Of a stretch of DNA of 64,000 nt, positions 28,091-37,282 are shown in pieces. Below the pieces are notes generated by a model. It was given only the letters and a program-made list of their open reading frames with translations, searched no databases and was not told where the DNA came from. Location of the stretch: contig CAWFQL010000016.1 of assembly GCA_963817915.1 (NCBI GenBank), positions 192,001-256,000 on the forward strand, in the 5' to 3' direction. The DNA comes from an uncultured candidate division Zixibacteria bacterium (GTDB lineage: Bacteria > Zixibacteria > MSB-5A5 > UBA10806). The translations under genes were made by a program, and so were the position numbers. The first letter of the stretch is position 1. Each line of letters opens with the position of its first letter.

Positions 28091-29077
28091 ATGACTATGG
28101 CGGAAAGATCTAAAACGTTAATAAAATTTTTGAAGACAAAAAAAATAGCCATAATCGGCTACGGCTCTCAGGGACGAGCGCAGGCCTTGAATTTGCGCGA
28201 TTCGGGAGTAATACCGATTATTGGCCTGCCAGCATCGAGCAAATCCAGAAAAATAGCAAAGAAAGATGGATTAGAAGTAATTTCGCCTCGGGAGGCGATT
28301 GAGATCGCAAATATTGCTGTAATTCTTATCCCCGATCATAAACATCAAGAACTTTTTGAAGACTTGAAAAGGCCTGGCAAGTTGGCTGGCAAGGCTTTGA
28401 TATTCGCGCATGGCTTTTCGGTAACATTCAAAACAGTCAGGCTTCCTCGAGAATGCGATATTATTCTGGTCGCTCCTCATGGCCCGGGATTAAGACTTCG
28501 AGAAAAGTATCTGGATAGCGAACCATTCACAGCTTTTGTCGGAATTTATCAGAATTATTCGGGCGAGGCATTGAAGATTGCAAGGGCGTACGCGGCAGCT
28601 ATCGGGATTCCGGCAAAATTCTTATTCAAATCATCATTCAAGGATGAAGCCATCGGAGATATATTCGGCGAACAGGCCGTTCTTTGCGGAGGGCTGGTTG
28701 GGTTGATGGAATCCGGGGTTGAGACACTTATAAAAAAGGGGCTGTCTTCCGAATCCGCCTACCTCGAATGCATATATCAACTCGATTTGATAGTCGATCT
28801 AATTAAAAAATATGGTCCCGCAGGCATGTTCGAGCGAATCAGTAAGACCGCGGCATTCGGATCATTGAAAAACAAGAATAGACTATTCGACAGACAGATG
28901 AAACAAAAAATGGAAGTGCTCTACTCCGAAATAAAATCGGGCAAATTCGCAAAAGCCCTTTCATCCGAAAGCAAAAAAGGGATGAAAAACTTTAATCGCG
29001 ATTTAAATAATTATAAAAAATCGGTACTTCAAAAAACTCATATACTATTGACCAAAAAGCTTAAAAACCGGGATTGA
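28091..29077 (+). CDS. ilvC: Ketol-acid reductoisomerase (class I)
   Basis: IAIIGYGSQGRAQALNLRDSG, FAHGF, DIFGEQAVLCGG, AYLEC. Confidence 0.9.
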   Translation: MTMAERSKTLIKFLKTKKIAIIGYGSQGRAQALNLRDSGVIPIIGLPASSKSRKIAKKDGLEVISPREAIEIANIAVILIPDHKHQELFEDLKRPGKLAGKALIFAHGFSVTFKTVRLPRECDIILVAPHGPGLRLREKYLDSEPFTAFVGIYQNYSGEALKIARAYAAAIGIPAKFLFKSSFKDEAIGDIFGEQAVLCGGLVGLMESGVETLIKKGLSSESAYLECIYQLDLIVDLIKKYGPAGMFERISKTAAFGSLKNKNRLFDRQMKQKMEVLYSEIKSGKFAKALSSESKKGMKNFNRDLNNYKKSVLQKTHILLTKKLKNRD

Positions 29078-29261
29078 TACTATTATTATCCGGAAGTTTA
29101 TGCGGATGATGGCCGCCCGATAATCTGGCATTTTGTACAACCTGTGAATATCCTGCAAGATCCATCAAGCAATGCTGGCATAGCGGCAATGGATCTGTTT
29201 CCTTGTAGGGTGTCCCGCAATTGGAACATATTCTTTTTACACGATCATGTTTTAACGCCAT
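29061..29261 (-). CDS. Small zinc-finger-like protein (CSNC...CQHC)
   Basis: TGGAG RBS; overlaps the upstream micro-ORF by 10 nt; two CxxC pairs. Confidence 0.6.
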   Translation of the reverse strand: MALKHDRVKRICSNCGTPYKETDPLPLCQHCLMDLAGYSQVVQNARLSGGHHPHKLPDNNSINPGF

Positions 29262-29413
29262 ATTCTACTCCAATCATCGCCCGTCCACTGCGGACGAATC
29301 TGCGTATCCCCGACTAATTTTGTACCGCAGTCAGGACAATGATAATACTTTTTTTCCTTTATCATTTCCTGGCCACAGGCGGGGCATTTCTTTTTATTTT
29401 TCCTAAGTCTCAT
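29252..29413 (-). CDS. 53-aa zinc-ribbon microprotein MRLRKNKKKCPACGQEMIKEKKYYHCPDCGTKLVGDTQIRPQWTGDDWSRIWR (absent from the ORF track)
   Basis: Translated by hand; CPAC-12-CPDC ribbon; ATG 1 nt after the stop of the upstream gene. Confidence 0.65.
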   Translation of the reverse strand: MRLRKNKKKCPACGQEMIKEKKYYHCPDCGTKLVGDTQIRPQWTGDDWSRIWR

Positions 29414-29414
29414 A

Positions 29415-29744
29415 TCACGAATCCATTTGAAATTTATGCGAAAACAATACTATCGCTACTCCGAGCCCTGTGAATGGCAAAAGCCCCCAAAATGAGAATG
29501 ATGTGAAATAGGCAACTATTCCAGCCACAATAGCAGCTCCTGCCGCTATTGTAATCGACCATTTAATGAGGGGCTTAATTATCACCAGTACTAAAAGGAA
29601 CATGATCCCGATAAAAACCCATTCGAGCTGATTCTCGGCCAAATTCTGCACGTAAGGAATTTGCCTTAAAAGCCAGATAATCATCTTCTTGAATTTCTCG
29701 AATTGCTCTATTGCGACATTAAGCAGCCAGGAGTACCGTTCCAT
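29415..29744 (-). CDS. Small membrane protein (about 3 TM)
   Basis: GGAGGA RBS; hydrophobic helices; 5 nt after the upstream stop. Confidence 0.7.
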   Translation of the reverse strand: MERYSWLLNVAIEQFEKFKKMIIWLLRQIPYVQNLAENQLEWVFIGIMFLLVLVIIKPLIKWSITIAAGAAIVAGIVAYFTSFSFWGLLPFTGLGVAIVLFSHKFQMDS

Positions 29745-29749
29745 GGTTT

Positions 29750-29965
29750 TCAGTCCTCCACCGGCTCTATTGTCAGGCTTGATTCGCCGACCTTGCTCAG
29801 GCCAGTCATCTTATCTGTCAGGAAAGTCTGCGAGGAAATCCATTGCTGTGACATTTCAAGAACCTGATCCTGGCTAACCTCGTCGACCCAGTCTAAGATC
29901 ATGTTGTCAATTGAGTTACCATTGACAATGAGGTCTTCCATGCTCAACGTGAATCTCATCTTCAT
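29750..29965 (-). CDS. 71-aa acidic hypothetical protein
   Basis: AAGGGGGA RBS before ATG 29965 (MKMRFTLSMEDL...TIEPVED). Confidence 0.7.
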   Translation of the reverse strand: MKMRFTLSMEDLIVNGNSIDNMILDWVDEVSQDQVLEMSQQWISSQTFLTDKMTGLSKVGESSLTIEPVED

Positions 29966-30040
29966 ACTTCCCCCTTCGTTTGAGTTCTGCCCTAATGAAA
30001 ACAAAGGGTATGCCTCGCCCTGACATGGCCACAAAAACGT

Positions 30041-30056
30041 TGCAGGAAACCGGCCA
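30041..30056 (-). promoter_or_regulatory. sigma54 (-24/-12) promoter
   Basis: Minus strand TGGCCGGTTTCCTGCA: GG-N10-GC with TGGC and TGCA, 75 nt upstream of ATG 29965. Confidence 0.6.
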
Positions 30057-30336
30057 TTTTGTTGTTATGCAACGACTTACGATTGAAACATGGCTGTGAC
30101 AGGCATCATCTGCTGTTCAAAAAATGGTCAATTAATATTGGGGGTATCCCATTAAGTGATGGAATAACTCAAGTATTTTTGTCGATATTAATTGGGAGGC
30201 GAATATTATTCCTAAAATATGCCAAATAGGAATTATTAGTTTTGATTGTGCAGGTAACTATATTATATTAATTTTCAGCGAGTGGTGAGCTCAAGCTAAA
30301 CAAGCTTCTTGAGGGAAAAAAATAAATTTTAATAAA

Positions 30337-32433
30337 ATGAGAAGAAATATTATTACGGCAATATCAATTGCCTTCAGCATTATAGTTTTAGCATCCCCGG
30401 TAAGGGCATTTGATCCCTCCGGACTTCTGGAAATCCGCTACATTAATGTTGGATGGGGCAGTTCGATCCTTGTAATTGGACCTGACGGCACTACTATTCT
30501 TATGGACGGCGGAAGTGATGGCAAAGGAAATTCCAGAATTATCCCATATCTGCAATCAATCGGTCTTACGCCATCGGATGATCTTGACTATATGATCGCA
30601 AGCCATCAGCATTCGGACCATATAGGCGGCCTGGATGAAGTAATTTACGGCGGTTACGATGTCCTCAACGCGGTCTATTACAACGGCAGCAATTATAGCA
30701 ATAGCTACGTCACGGCATTCAGAAACGCCGCGGCGACAACAACGGCAGGGCCAATACGCATATTCCCCCTGGGCTCATCGATTCAGCTGGGCGACAGCGC
30801 CACTGCTACCTGTGTCTGCCAGGATGGTACTGTTATCGGTCATGGTCTCGTGCCGGGCTCAAGAACAGATGAAAACGATCGCTCATTGGCTATTCTGATA
30901 AAATATAAAAACTTCGAATATCTTTTTGCGGGAGATATGGGCGGCGGCAATACTGACCAGTCATGCACCGGCAGATCCACCAGCCAAGCCAATGTTGAAA
31001 CTCCATTAGCCCAGGCAATCACTCCGGGCGGGGAATTCCCACTGCTCACAAGTAATGGAGTCGAAGTCCTTCATGTCAACCATCACGCCAGCGAAAGCTC
31101 TACAAATAGCGATTACATGAATCTTTTAAAACCGGCGGTCGCCTGTATTTCAGTAGGCGCAGGTCAATCTCCTGACTATATGTTCCCCAGACATGATGTA
31201 GTCGATAATGTTCTGCGGGCCGAAGCATATTGTATTACTGCCGATCCCGCTATCGTGCTTCAAAATGAAGAAGGATATCCGGCGGGAAGCCTGACCAGTT
31301 ATTCGGGATATTGTGTTGGTAATATAATTATCAAAACCGCAGGTGTTAGTACTTTTATAATTGATGGTGACGGCGCTGTAACGGAAGGCCCCGACGAGAG
31401 AGCCGCCCTCGGAATGCCGCGGACAATTCCTCTCGACGGCACGACAGGTGACACGATCCCGCCGGCAGTGACTGTCAATTCTCCCAATGGCAGCGAACAA
31501 TGGTTGGTTGGCTCTCAGCACCCAATCCTCTGGACTGCGACAGATGCCGGTGGCGTCGCTCAATACGGAGTCGAATATACCACGAATTCCGGTTCCAACT
31601 GGCTTTCACTGAGAACTTTCGGCCCCGGAAACCCCGGTATCTTCAATTGGACAATACCATCGACACCATCTGTGAATTGCAAGGTTCGCGTGACATGTGC
31701 CGATTCATCTGGAAATTCCACTAATGATATTTCCGATGCCGCTTTTACAATATATGCCTCGCAGGATACGGCTTATCCAGTAGTCAATGTTGTCTTCCCA
31801 AATGGCGGAGAAATATTGAGTCCCGGAGATATCGATACTATCATGTGGACCGCCACCGATGACGCAGGTGTCGACTCATACGCTCTAAGTTATACAATTA
31901 ATGGAGGCAGTTCTTGGATTACTATAATTTCCAGGACGGCTGGCAATCCTCAGGTTTACGCCTGGACTATCCCAAGTGTCAATTCGGCCAACTGTAAAGT
32001 CAGGGTGATGGTGTGGGATACTGCCCAGCATATATCATTGGATGTTTCCAACGCCGTATTTTCAATCACGCCGGTCGATCACCGGCCACCGCTTGTCAAT
32101 ATTTCCTCGCCTAATGGAGGTGAAAGCTTCTTTGTTGGCGGCAATCATTCGATCAATTGGACAGCTACCGACTCGGTTGGTGTTGATTCGATTTCGATAC
32201 AATATTCGATCGATAATGGCGCAAGCTGGACTATAATTCAGCCATTCACCCATAGCAATCCTGGAAGCTATAGCTGGAATGTGCCTGAGACTCCGTCTCG
32301 TGTCGCATTGATCAGAATTAGCGCAAAGGATCCTTCGGGTAATATTGGAACCGATAATTCTAATTCAACATTTTATATCCGCAAATCGCGAGAGGATATA
32401 AAAGAGATGAAGACTATTCATCCTGCGCGATAG
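30337..32433 (+). CDS. Secreted ComEC/Rec2-like metallo-beta-lactamase-fold hydrolase with three Ig-like PNG(G/S)E repeats
   Basis: Signal peptide; NVGWG, HQHSDHIGG, ENDRS, FAGD, HH motifs; three ~105-aa repeats (D..P.V.V..PNG.E...W.ATD) at about 31450-32380. Confidence 0.85.
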   Translation: MRRNIITAISIAFSIIVLASPVRAFDPSGLLEIRYINVGWGSSILVIGPDGTTILMDGGSDGKGNSRIIPYLQSIGLTPSDDLDYMIASHQHSDHIGGLDEVIYGGYDVLNAVYYNGSNYSNSYVTAFRNAAATTTAGPIRIFPLGSSIQLGDSATATCVCQDGTVIGHGLVPGSRTDENDRSLAILIKYKNFEYLFAGDMGGGNTDQSCTGRSTSQANVETPLAQAITPGGEFPLLTSNGVEVLHVNHHASESSTNSDYMNLLKPAVACISVGAGQSPDYMFPRHDVVDNVLRAEAYCITADPAIVLQNEEGYPAGSLTSYSGYCVGNIIIKTAGVSTFIIDGDGAVTEGPDERAALGMPRTIPLDGTTGDTIPPAVTVNSPNGSEQWLVGSQHPILWTATDAGGVAQYGVEYTTNSGSNWLSLRTFGPGNPGIFNWTIPSTPSVNCKVRVTCADSSGNSTNDISDAAFTIYASQDTAYPVVNVVFPNGGEILSPGDIDTIMWTATDDAGVDSYALSYTINGGSSWITIISRTAGNPQVYAWTIPSVNSANCKVRVMVWDTAQHISLDVSNAVFSITPVDHRPPLVNISSPNGGESFFVGGNHSINWTATDSVGVDSISIQYSIDNGASWTIIQPFTHSNPGSYSWNVPETPSRVALIRISAKDPSGNIGTDNSNSTFYIRKSREDIKEMKTIHPAR

Positions 32434-32550
32434 ACGCTCAATTATTTATCTTTTAATAGAACCATAATTCCCTAAATAAATTTCGTTGAACTATTATAAA
32501 TTTGTATCTTCTTTTGTGATTTCATTGTATAAATACTCAAGAAGATAGAT

Positions 32551-33315
32551 ATGCAAGGACATCCATCAAATATTCCAAAAACCGGGAGGCACCCGGCACA
32601 TATACCCAAGGGGCCTGTAAGACCTCTATCCACCAAAAAAGAGGTTATTACCATGATACCTTTTTTTGAGAGCCTCGGTCCGGCAGAAATAGCGAATATA
32701 GAGCCCCATTTTCACGAATATAAATTCGACCGAAACCAATATCTATTTCAGGAAGGCGACGCGGCTTCACTCCTTTATGTCATCAAGTCCGGCAGGGTCC
32801 GTTTGCTGAAGGCAGCGGCGTCGGGCAAGGAAATGGTATTCGAAGTTATGGTGCCGGGTCAGATTTGCGGCGGAGATACTTTATTCAATGACCTGCACAG
32901 AAATGGGGCACAGGCGGTTGATTCTACTGTCACATATGGGTTATCCAGGGGCGACTACGATGAGCTATTATCGAAATATCCTAAAATCGCAATGGGCATC
33001 ATCAAATTTTTGGGCGGAAAATTAATGGACGCGCACGATGTCATTATATCTTTGGTGTCATCGAAAGTGGAGAATAGAATCGCCTCGGTAATTGTCCGTC
33101 TGGCCGAGAATCACGGGACTCATACCGATAAGGGAATAATGATTAATATCCGCCTGACGCGGAGTGAAATTGCCGATATTGTCGGCGCTACTGTTGAAAC
33201 TACCATTCGCAGTATAAGCCGTTTCCAGAAAAAGGGGCTTATTTCTACTGTCGCTGGCAGATTGCTTGTCAAAGACATCGCCGCTTTCAGGGAAATGATG
33301 CAGTCCAAGAAGTAA
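32551..33315 (+). CDS. Crp/Fnr family transcriptional regulator
   Basis: cNMP-binding barrel (LFQEGD..LYVIKSGRV) and HTH LTRSEIADIVGATVETTIR; alternative start at 32653. Confidence 0.9.
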   Translation: MQGHPSNIPKTGRHPAHIPKGPVRPLSTKKEVITMIPFFESLGPAEIANIEPHFHEYKFDRNQYLFQEGDAASLLYVIKSGRVRLLKAAASGKEMVFEVMVPGQICGGDTLFNDLHRNGAQAVDSTVTYGLSRGDYDELLSKYPKIAMGIIKFLGGKLMDAHDVIISLVSSKVENRIASVIVRLAENHGTHTDKGIMINIRLTRSEIADIVGATVETTIRSISRFQKKGLISTVAGRLLVKDIAAFREMMQSKK

Positions 33316-33490
33316 TTCCAATCCATATAGTAGTCAATTATTGGCATTTAAAATCATTATATTTGACAATTATCCAATAGCACATTTATATAGTATCGGT
33401 GTGTGATTTTGATGTCCGAAAAGGCTCAATTTTTTTTTATATTAGTCGATGATTCATTGGTAGATCAGTTTGTGAGATGAAGGAGCAATA

Positions 33491-35485
33491 ATGAATGGTC
33501 CCCTGGACATAACGCCAGTCGGTCTTGAAAAGATAGTATTTATAATAGCGTTTATCGCGGGTCTGGCAGTATTCGCATATATAATACAATTTTATATTCG
33601 TCTGCTCAAGTCGATGAAACCCGAAAATCGTTTCGATCAGATCGGCAAACGGTTCAAACGATTATTAGTTTTCGTATTCGGCCAGCGAAGATTGTTAGAT
33701 CAATTGGCTATGGGATCGGCCCATTTTATGATATTCTGGGGATTTATTATTGTATCATTGGCGACAATTAAATTCTTCGGCAAGGGTTTTTCGTCCGGTT
33801 TTGAATTGCCATTGTTGGGGACATTATTGCGCCAACCTTTTTTATTCCTGGTTGATCTTTTTAGCATACTAGTCTTACTTGGAATTCTAATAGCGGTCTT
33901 TAAACGATATGTCATGCGTTCGGCCAGAATGCCGCGAGGCATGGAAGCGGCGACTATTCTGCTTTTGATCGCCGGTCTGATGATTTTCGATCTGCTATCG
34001 GATGGCTGTAATATGGCGGCGCAAGGAACATTTGAGCCGGCGTCATTTGTAGGGACTTATCTGGCAGGCGTATTTGCCGGATCGGGCATACCTTCTCTAA
34101 CATTGAATATCTACGCTCATATATTCTGGTGGCTACATTTTGTATTTTTCATGATCATGATCAATTATGTTCCGATATCGAAACACATGCATGTTTTTTC
34201 ATCATTGCCGAATGTCTTCTTTTCGAGTCTCAAGTCGAATGGCAGACTGACCAAACCAAATCTCGAAGAGTCCGAGGATTTCGGTGTTACGAAAGTTGAA
34301 CAATATAGTTGGAAACAGCTTCTAGATGGTTATTCTTGCACCGAATGCGGCCGTTGCCAGGACCAATGCCCGGCATTCAATACTCAAAAGCCTTTATCTC
34401 CCAAAAAGGTCGTCATGCAGCTTCGAGAACATGCCGAAAAGAAGGGGCCGCTTTTATTCGCAGGCAAAGGCGATGAATTCAAAGAAAGATTCATCGAGGA
34501 TGTGATTACGGAAGAAGCCATCTGGGATTGCACGACCTGCTATGCCTGCATGAGAGCCTGCCCGCTTATTATCGAACATATCCCATTGCTGATGGAATTG
34601 CGCCGTTCGCTGGTGCTCAACGAAGGCCGAATCGGCTCCGAGGGAGCGTTGGCTCTGAAGAATATCGAAAAATCCGGCGATCCCTGGGGAATGGGACAAA
34701 AGGCCCGCTCCGATTGGTATAAGGGGCTCGACGTAAAACATATCAATGACAAGCCCGATGCCGAATATCTTTTCTGGGTTGGGTGCGCCGGTGCGCTCGA
34801 TGCCCGCAATGTCAAAGTCAGCCAGGCTACTGTTCGTCTGATGAACAAGGCTGGCGTATCATTCGCGATACTTGGCGAGGATGAAATCTGCAATGGCGAC
34901 CCGGCCCGCAGGCTGGGTGAGGAATATCTCTTTCAGACTCAAGCGCAGGCCGTGGTTGAATTGATAAATTCCACCGGAGTCAAAAAGATATTCTCGAATT
35001 GCCCGCATTGCTTTAATACATTGAAAAATGAATATCCCGATTTCGGCGGCAGCTGGCAGGTTTATCATACCCATGAATTGCTTGCTCATTTAATCGCCGA
35101 TGGCAAGCTCAAGCTCTCCGGCAATCCGCTTGGCGAGATAACATTCCATGACTCCTGCTATCTTGGACGGCACAACCATCTCTATGAGCCTGCGCGCAAG
35201 ATTATCGATGCGATTCCCGGCGCCAAACGGATCGAGATGGATCGTTCCAAAGAATGGTCATTCTGCTGTGGCGCGGGCGGGGGACGGATGTTCCTCGAAG
35301 AGACCCGCGGCACACGTATCAACGAAGACCGCACTAAGGAAGCATTGGCAACCGGCGCGAAGACTATCGGGACCGCCTGCCCATTCTGCATGACTATGCT
35401 TACCGACGGCCTCAAGACATTCGATAAAATCGATACCCATCAGGTAAAAGAGCTGACAGAACTGATCGCCGAACGGGCAGTCTAG
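33491..35485 (+). CDS. Membrane-bound heterodisulfide-reductase-like Fe-S oxidoreductase (HdrF/FadF-like: TM domain, 2x[4Fe-4S], 2 CCG domains)
   Basis: SKHMH, CTECGRCQDQCP, CTTCYACMRACP, WVGC, CPHC, HDSCYLGR, CCGAGGG, ACPFC; AGGAG RBS. Confidence 0.92.
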   Translation: MNGPLDITPVGLEKIVFIIAFIAGLAVFAYIIQFYIRLLKSMKPENRFDQIGKRFKRLLVFVFGQRRLLDQLAMGSAHFMIFWGFIIVSLATIKFFGKGFSSGFELPLLGTLLRQPFLFLVDLFSILVLLGILIAVFKRYVMRSARMPRGMEAATILLLIAGLMIFDLLSDGCNMAAQGTFEPASFVGTYLAGVFAGSGIPSLTLNIYAHIFWWLHFVFFMIMINYVPISKHMHVFSSLPNVFFSSLKSNGRLTKPNLEESEDFGVTKVEQYSWKQLLDGYSCTECGRCQDQCPAFNTQKPLSPKKVVMQLREHAEKKGPLLFAGKGDEFKERFIEDVITEEAIWDCTTCYACMRACPLIIEHIPLLMELRRSLVLNEGRIGSEGALALKNIEKSGDPWGMGQKARSDWYKGLDVKHINDKPDAEYLFWVGCAGALDARNVKVSQATVRLMNKAGVSFAILGEDEICNGDPARRLGEEYLFQTQAQAVVELINSTGVKKIFSNCPHCFNTLKNEYPDFGGSWQVYHTHELLAHLIADGKLKLSGNPLGEITFHDSCYLGRHNHLYEPARKIIDAIPGAKRIEMDRSKEWSFCCGAGGGRMFLEETRGTRINEDRTKEALATGAKTIGTACPFCMTMLTDGLKTFDKIDTHQVKELTELIAERAV

Positions 35486-35512
35486 CGAGTTATATTTATC
35501 TAGATTTCCCCT

Positions 35513-35623
35513 ATGAAAAAGCCTCGCCGACGGATACCATTGCCCAAGAAGACGGAGAAGGTCATTCCCGATAAAACCCTCTATACCCGCAGGCCAAAAC
35601 ATAAGAAGAAGAACGCGGTGTAG
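35513..35623 (+). CDS. 36-aa basic microprotein MKKPRRRIPLPKKTEKVIPDKTLYTRRPKHKKKNAV, ArfA/BrfA-like candidate (absent from the ORF track)
   Basis: Translated by hand; very basic; YxRxxKH motif as in the ArfA C-terminal tail; TAGATT 6 nt before the ATG. Confidence 0.55.
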   Translation: MKKPRRRIPLPKKTEKVIPDKTLYTRRPKHKKKNAV

Positions 35624-35771
35624 ATATACTCCCGGCAGGGCTTGGGATCCCTTCCTGACCCTTCCATGCTATGATGCTGTAAGGAAAGGATTCCTGACAG
35701 CGCGATGAAATTGATCTTGCTGATTTAATTAAAAATATATTCCCAAAATTCACTTTTCCGCATTAATTACT

Positions 35772-35834
35772 GTAGGGGCCGACCTATGTGTCGGCCCGGG
35801 CAAGGCGGGCGTCCGCCGCGGCGGACGCCCCTAC
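35772..35834. repeat. GTAG REP doublet (family 1) upstream of the RAYT
   Basis: GTAGGGGCCGACCTATGTGTCGGCCCG plus inverted unit CGGGCGTCCGCCGCGGCGGACGCCCCTAC. Confidence 0.85.
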
Positions 35835-35853
35835 CAGGAGAGAATGAATAATA

Positions 35854-36393
35854 TTGCCGCAAGACCCTTCAAAATATTTGCCTAAACGCAAACAAACTCG
35901 TTTGAGGGAATATGATTATTCGAATCCAGTCGCATATTTCATTACGATTTGCTCGCAAGGTAGGAAATGCATTTTCGGCGAAATTGCGGGCGAGAAGATG
36001 AACCTAAATCATTTGGGACAGTTGATTCAAGAATGGTGGCTTGAATTGTCCCGCAAATTCCCGGAGATTAAGACGGACGAATGCGTCATTATGCCCAACC
36101 ATTTTCATGGCATCATAATTATTGTAGGGGCCGACCTATGTGTCGGCCCGATCATGACGGGCGCACGCGCAGGTGCGCCCCTACAGAAAATTGTTCAATG
36201 GTTCAAAACAATGACGACAAACAGTATTTTCCGCGAAATGAAGAAGGAAAAAAAGCAAATTAAATTGTGGCAACGCTGCTATTATGAGCATGTAATCCGC
36301 AATGAAAACGAGCTAAATGCCATCAGAGAATATATCATCAATAATCCATTAAAATGGGCGCTCGATGCCGATAATCCCGCAAATTTAATCTAA
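35854..36393 (+). mobile_element. REP-associated tyrosine transposase (RAYT, Y1 HUH / IS200-like)
   Basis: RLREYDYS..YFITIC, HUH motif MPNHFHG, WQRCYYEHVIR, catalytic YIINNP; adjacent GTAG REPs. Start uncertain: the SD-linked ATG at 35844 is out of frame. Confidence 0.9.
36124..36184. repeat. GTAG REP doublet (family 1) inside the RAYT coding sequence
   Basis: 27-nt exact copy of 35772-35798 plus inverted CGGGCGCACGCGCAGGTGCGCCCCTAC; read in frame as VGADLCVGPIMTGARAGAPL. Confidence 0.85.
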
Positions 36394-36551
36394 CTTGTCG
36401 GCTGTTGTAATTTAAACTATAATCAATTCAAATAATTCGTTTTTTCCATTTCTCCCATCCGGCGGAAACTATATATATTAACCGCATGTTGTGTTTGTTG
36501 GGGTAGGGGTGGGATATTATTATTTTGAATAATCTACAAAAGGAGAATACA

Positions 36552-37091
36552 ATGGGCCCGATAGAAAAACTCGTGGCTGAGCATGAGATTATTTTGCGCG
36601 GGATCGATCTTCTGGAAAAAGGCGCCGACCGTTTGCAGGACGGCGAGACTGTCGCTCCCGAATATTTCAGCAAGCTTGTCGATTTTATCCGCAATTATGC
36701 CGACAAATATCATCACGCCAAAGAAGAGGATATACTTTTTCTCGAAATGAATAAGGTCGGATTTTCATCCGAGGGCGGGCCGATTGCTGTCATGCTTTAC
36801 GACCATACACAGGGCAGAGATTTTGTCGCCAGAATGGAAAAGGCAAATGATCGTTATGCCAGCGGTGATAAAAATGCCATACCGATTATCATTACCAATG
36901 CCCGTAATTACGCGACTTTATTGAAGATGCATATCCAGAAGGAGAATGTCGTCCTGTATCCGATGGCTGAAAATGCTATGGGTGTGGCGGGAATCGCAAA
37001 AATGCAACCGGCATTCGATAAGGTCGAACAGGAAAAGGCCACCACCGAAAAGAAATATTTGGCAATTTTGAATGAATTGGAATCGATGTAG
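36552..37091 (+). CDS. Hemerythrin/HHE cation-binding domain protein
   Basis: EH, HHAKEEDILF, DHTQGR, HIQKENVVLYP; AAGGAG RBS before ATG 36552. Confidence 0.9.
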   Translation: MGPIEKLVAEHEIILRGIDLLEKGADRLQDGETVAPEYFSKLVDFIRNYADKYHHAKEEDILFLEMNKVGFSSEGGPIAVMLYDHTQGRDFVARMEKANDRYASGDKNAIPIIITNARNYATLLKMHIQKENVVLYPMAENAMGVAGIAKMQPAFDKVEQEKATTEKKYLAILNELESM

Positions 37092-37147
37092 GATTCAGCT
37101 TGAGATTGACATTAATTCAGTAAAGCATTATTTATATTACAAGTTCA

Positions 37148-37271
37148 GCCGGTTCGTAGACTCGACATGAAATGTCGGGGCGTGAACTTGCTGTGAGGAA
37201 GTACAAATGGCGCCAGGTCACGTCCGCGGTAGCGGATTGCAAATCCGGCTTTTGACGGACTACGACCCGGC
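37148..37271. repeat. REP-doublet/REPIN-like element, family 2, copy B (more degenerate)
   Basis: GCCGGTTCGTAGACTCGACATGAAATGTCGGGGCGTGAAC ... TTTGACGGACTACGACCCGGC, matching both ends of 1266-1444 with an unrelated, shorter spacer. Confidence 0.8.
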
Positions 37272-37282
37272 GCAACCGAGAA

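Noticed and set aside
29061..29413. One frameshifted double zinc-ribbon gene
   Set aside because: The second ORF has its own TGGAG SD and ATG overlapping the first ORF's stop, which is typical of coupled separate genes.
33363..33376. FNR-like box TTGAC-AATT-ATCCA upstream of the HdrF-like gene
   Set aside because: Two mismatches, equally explained as a -35 TTGACA, and no second instance found.
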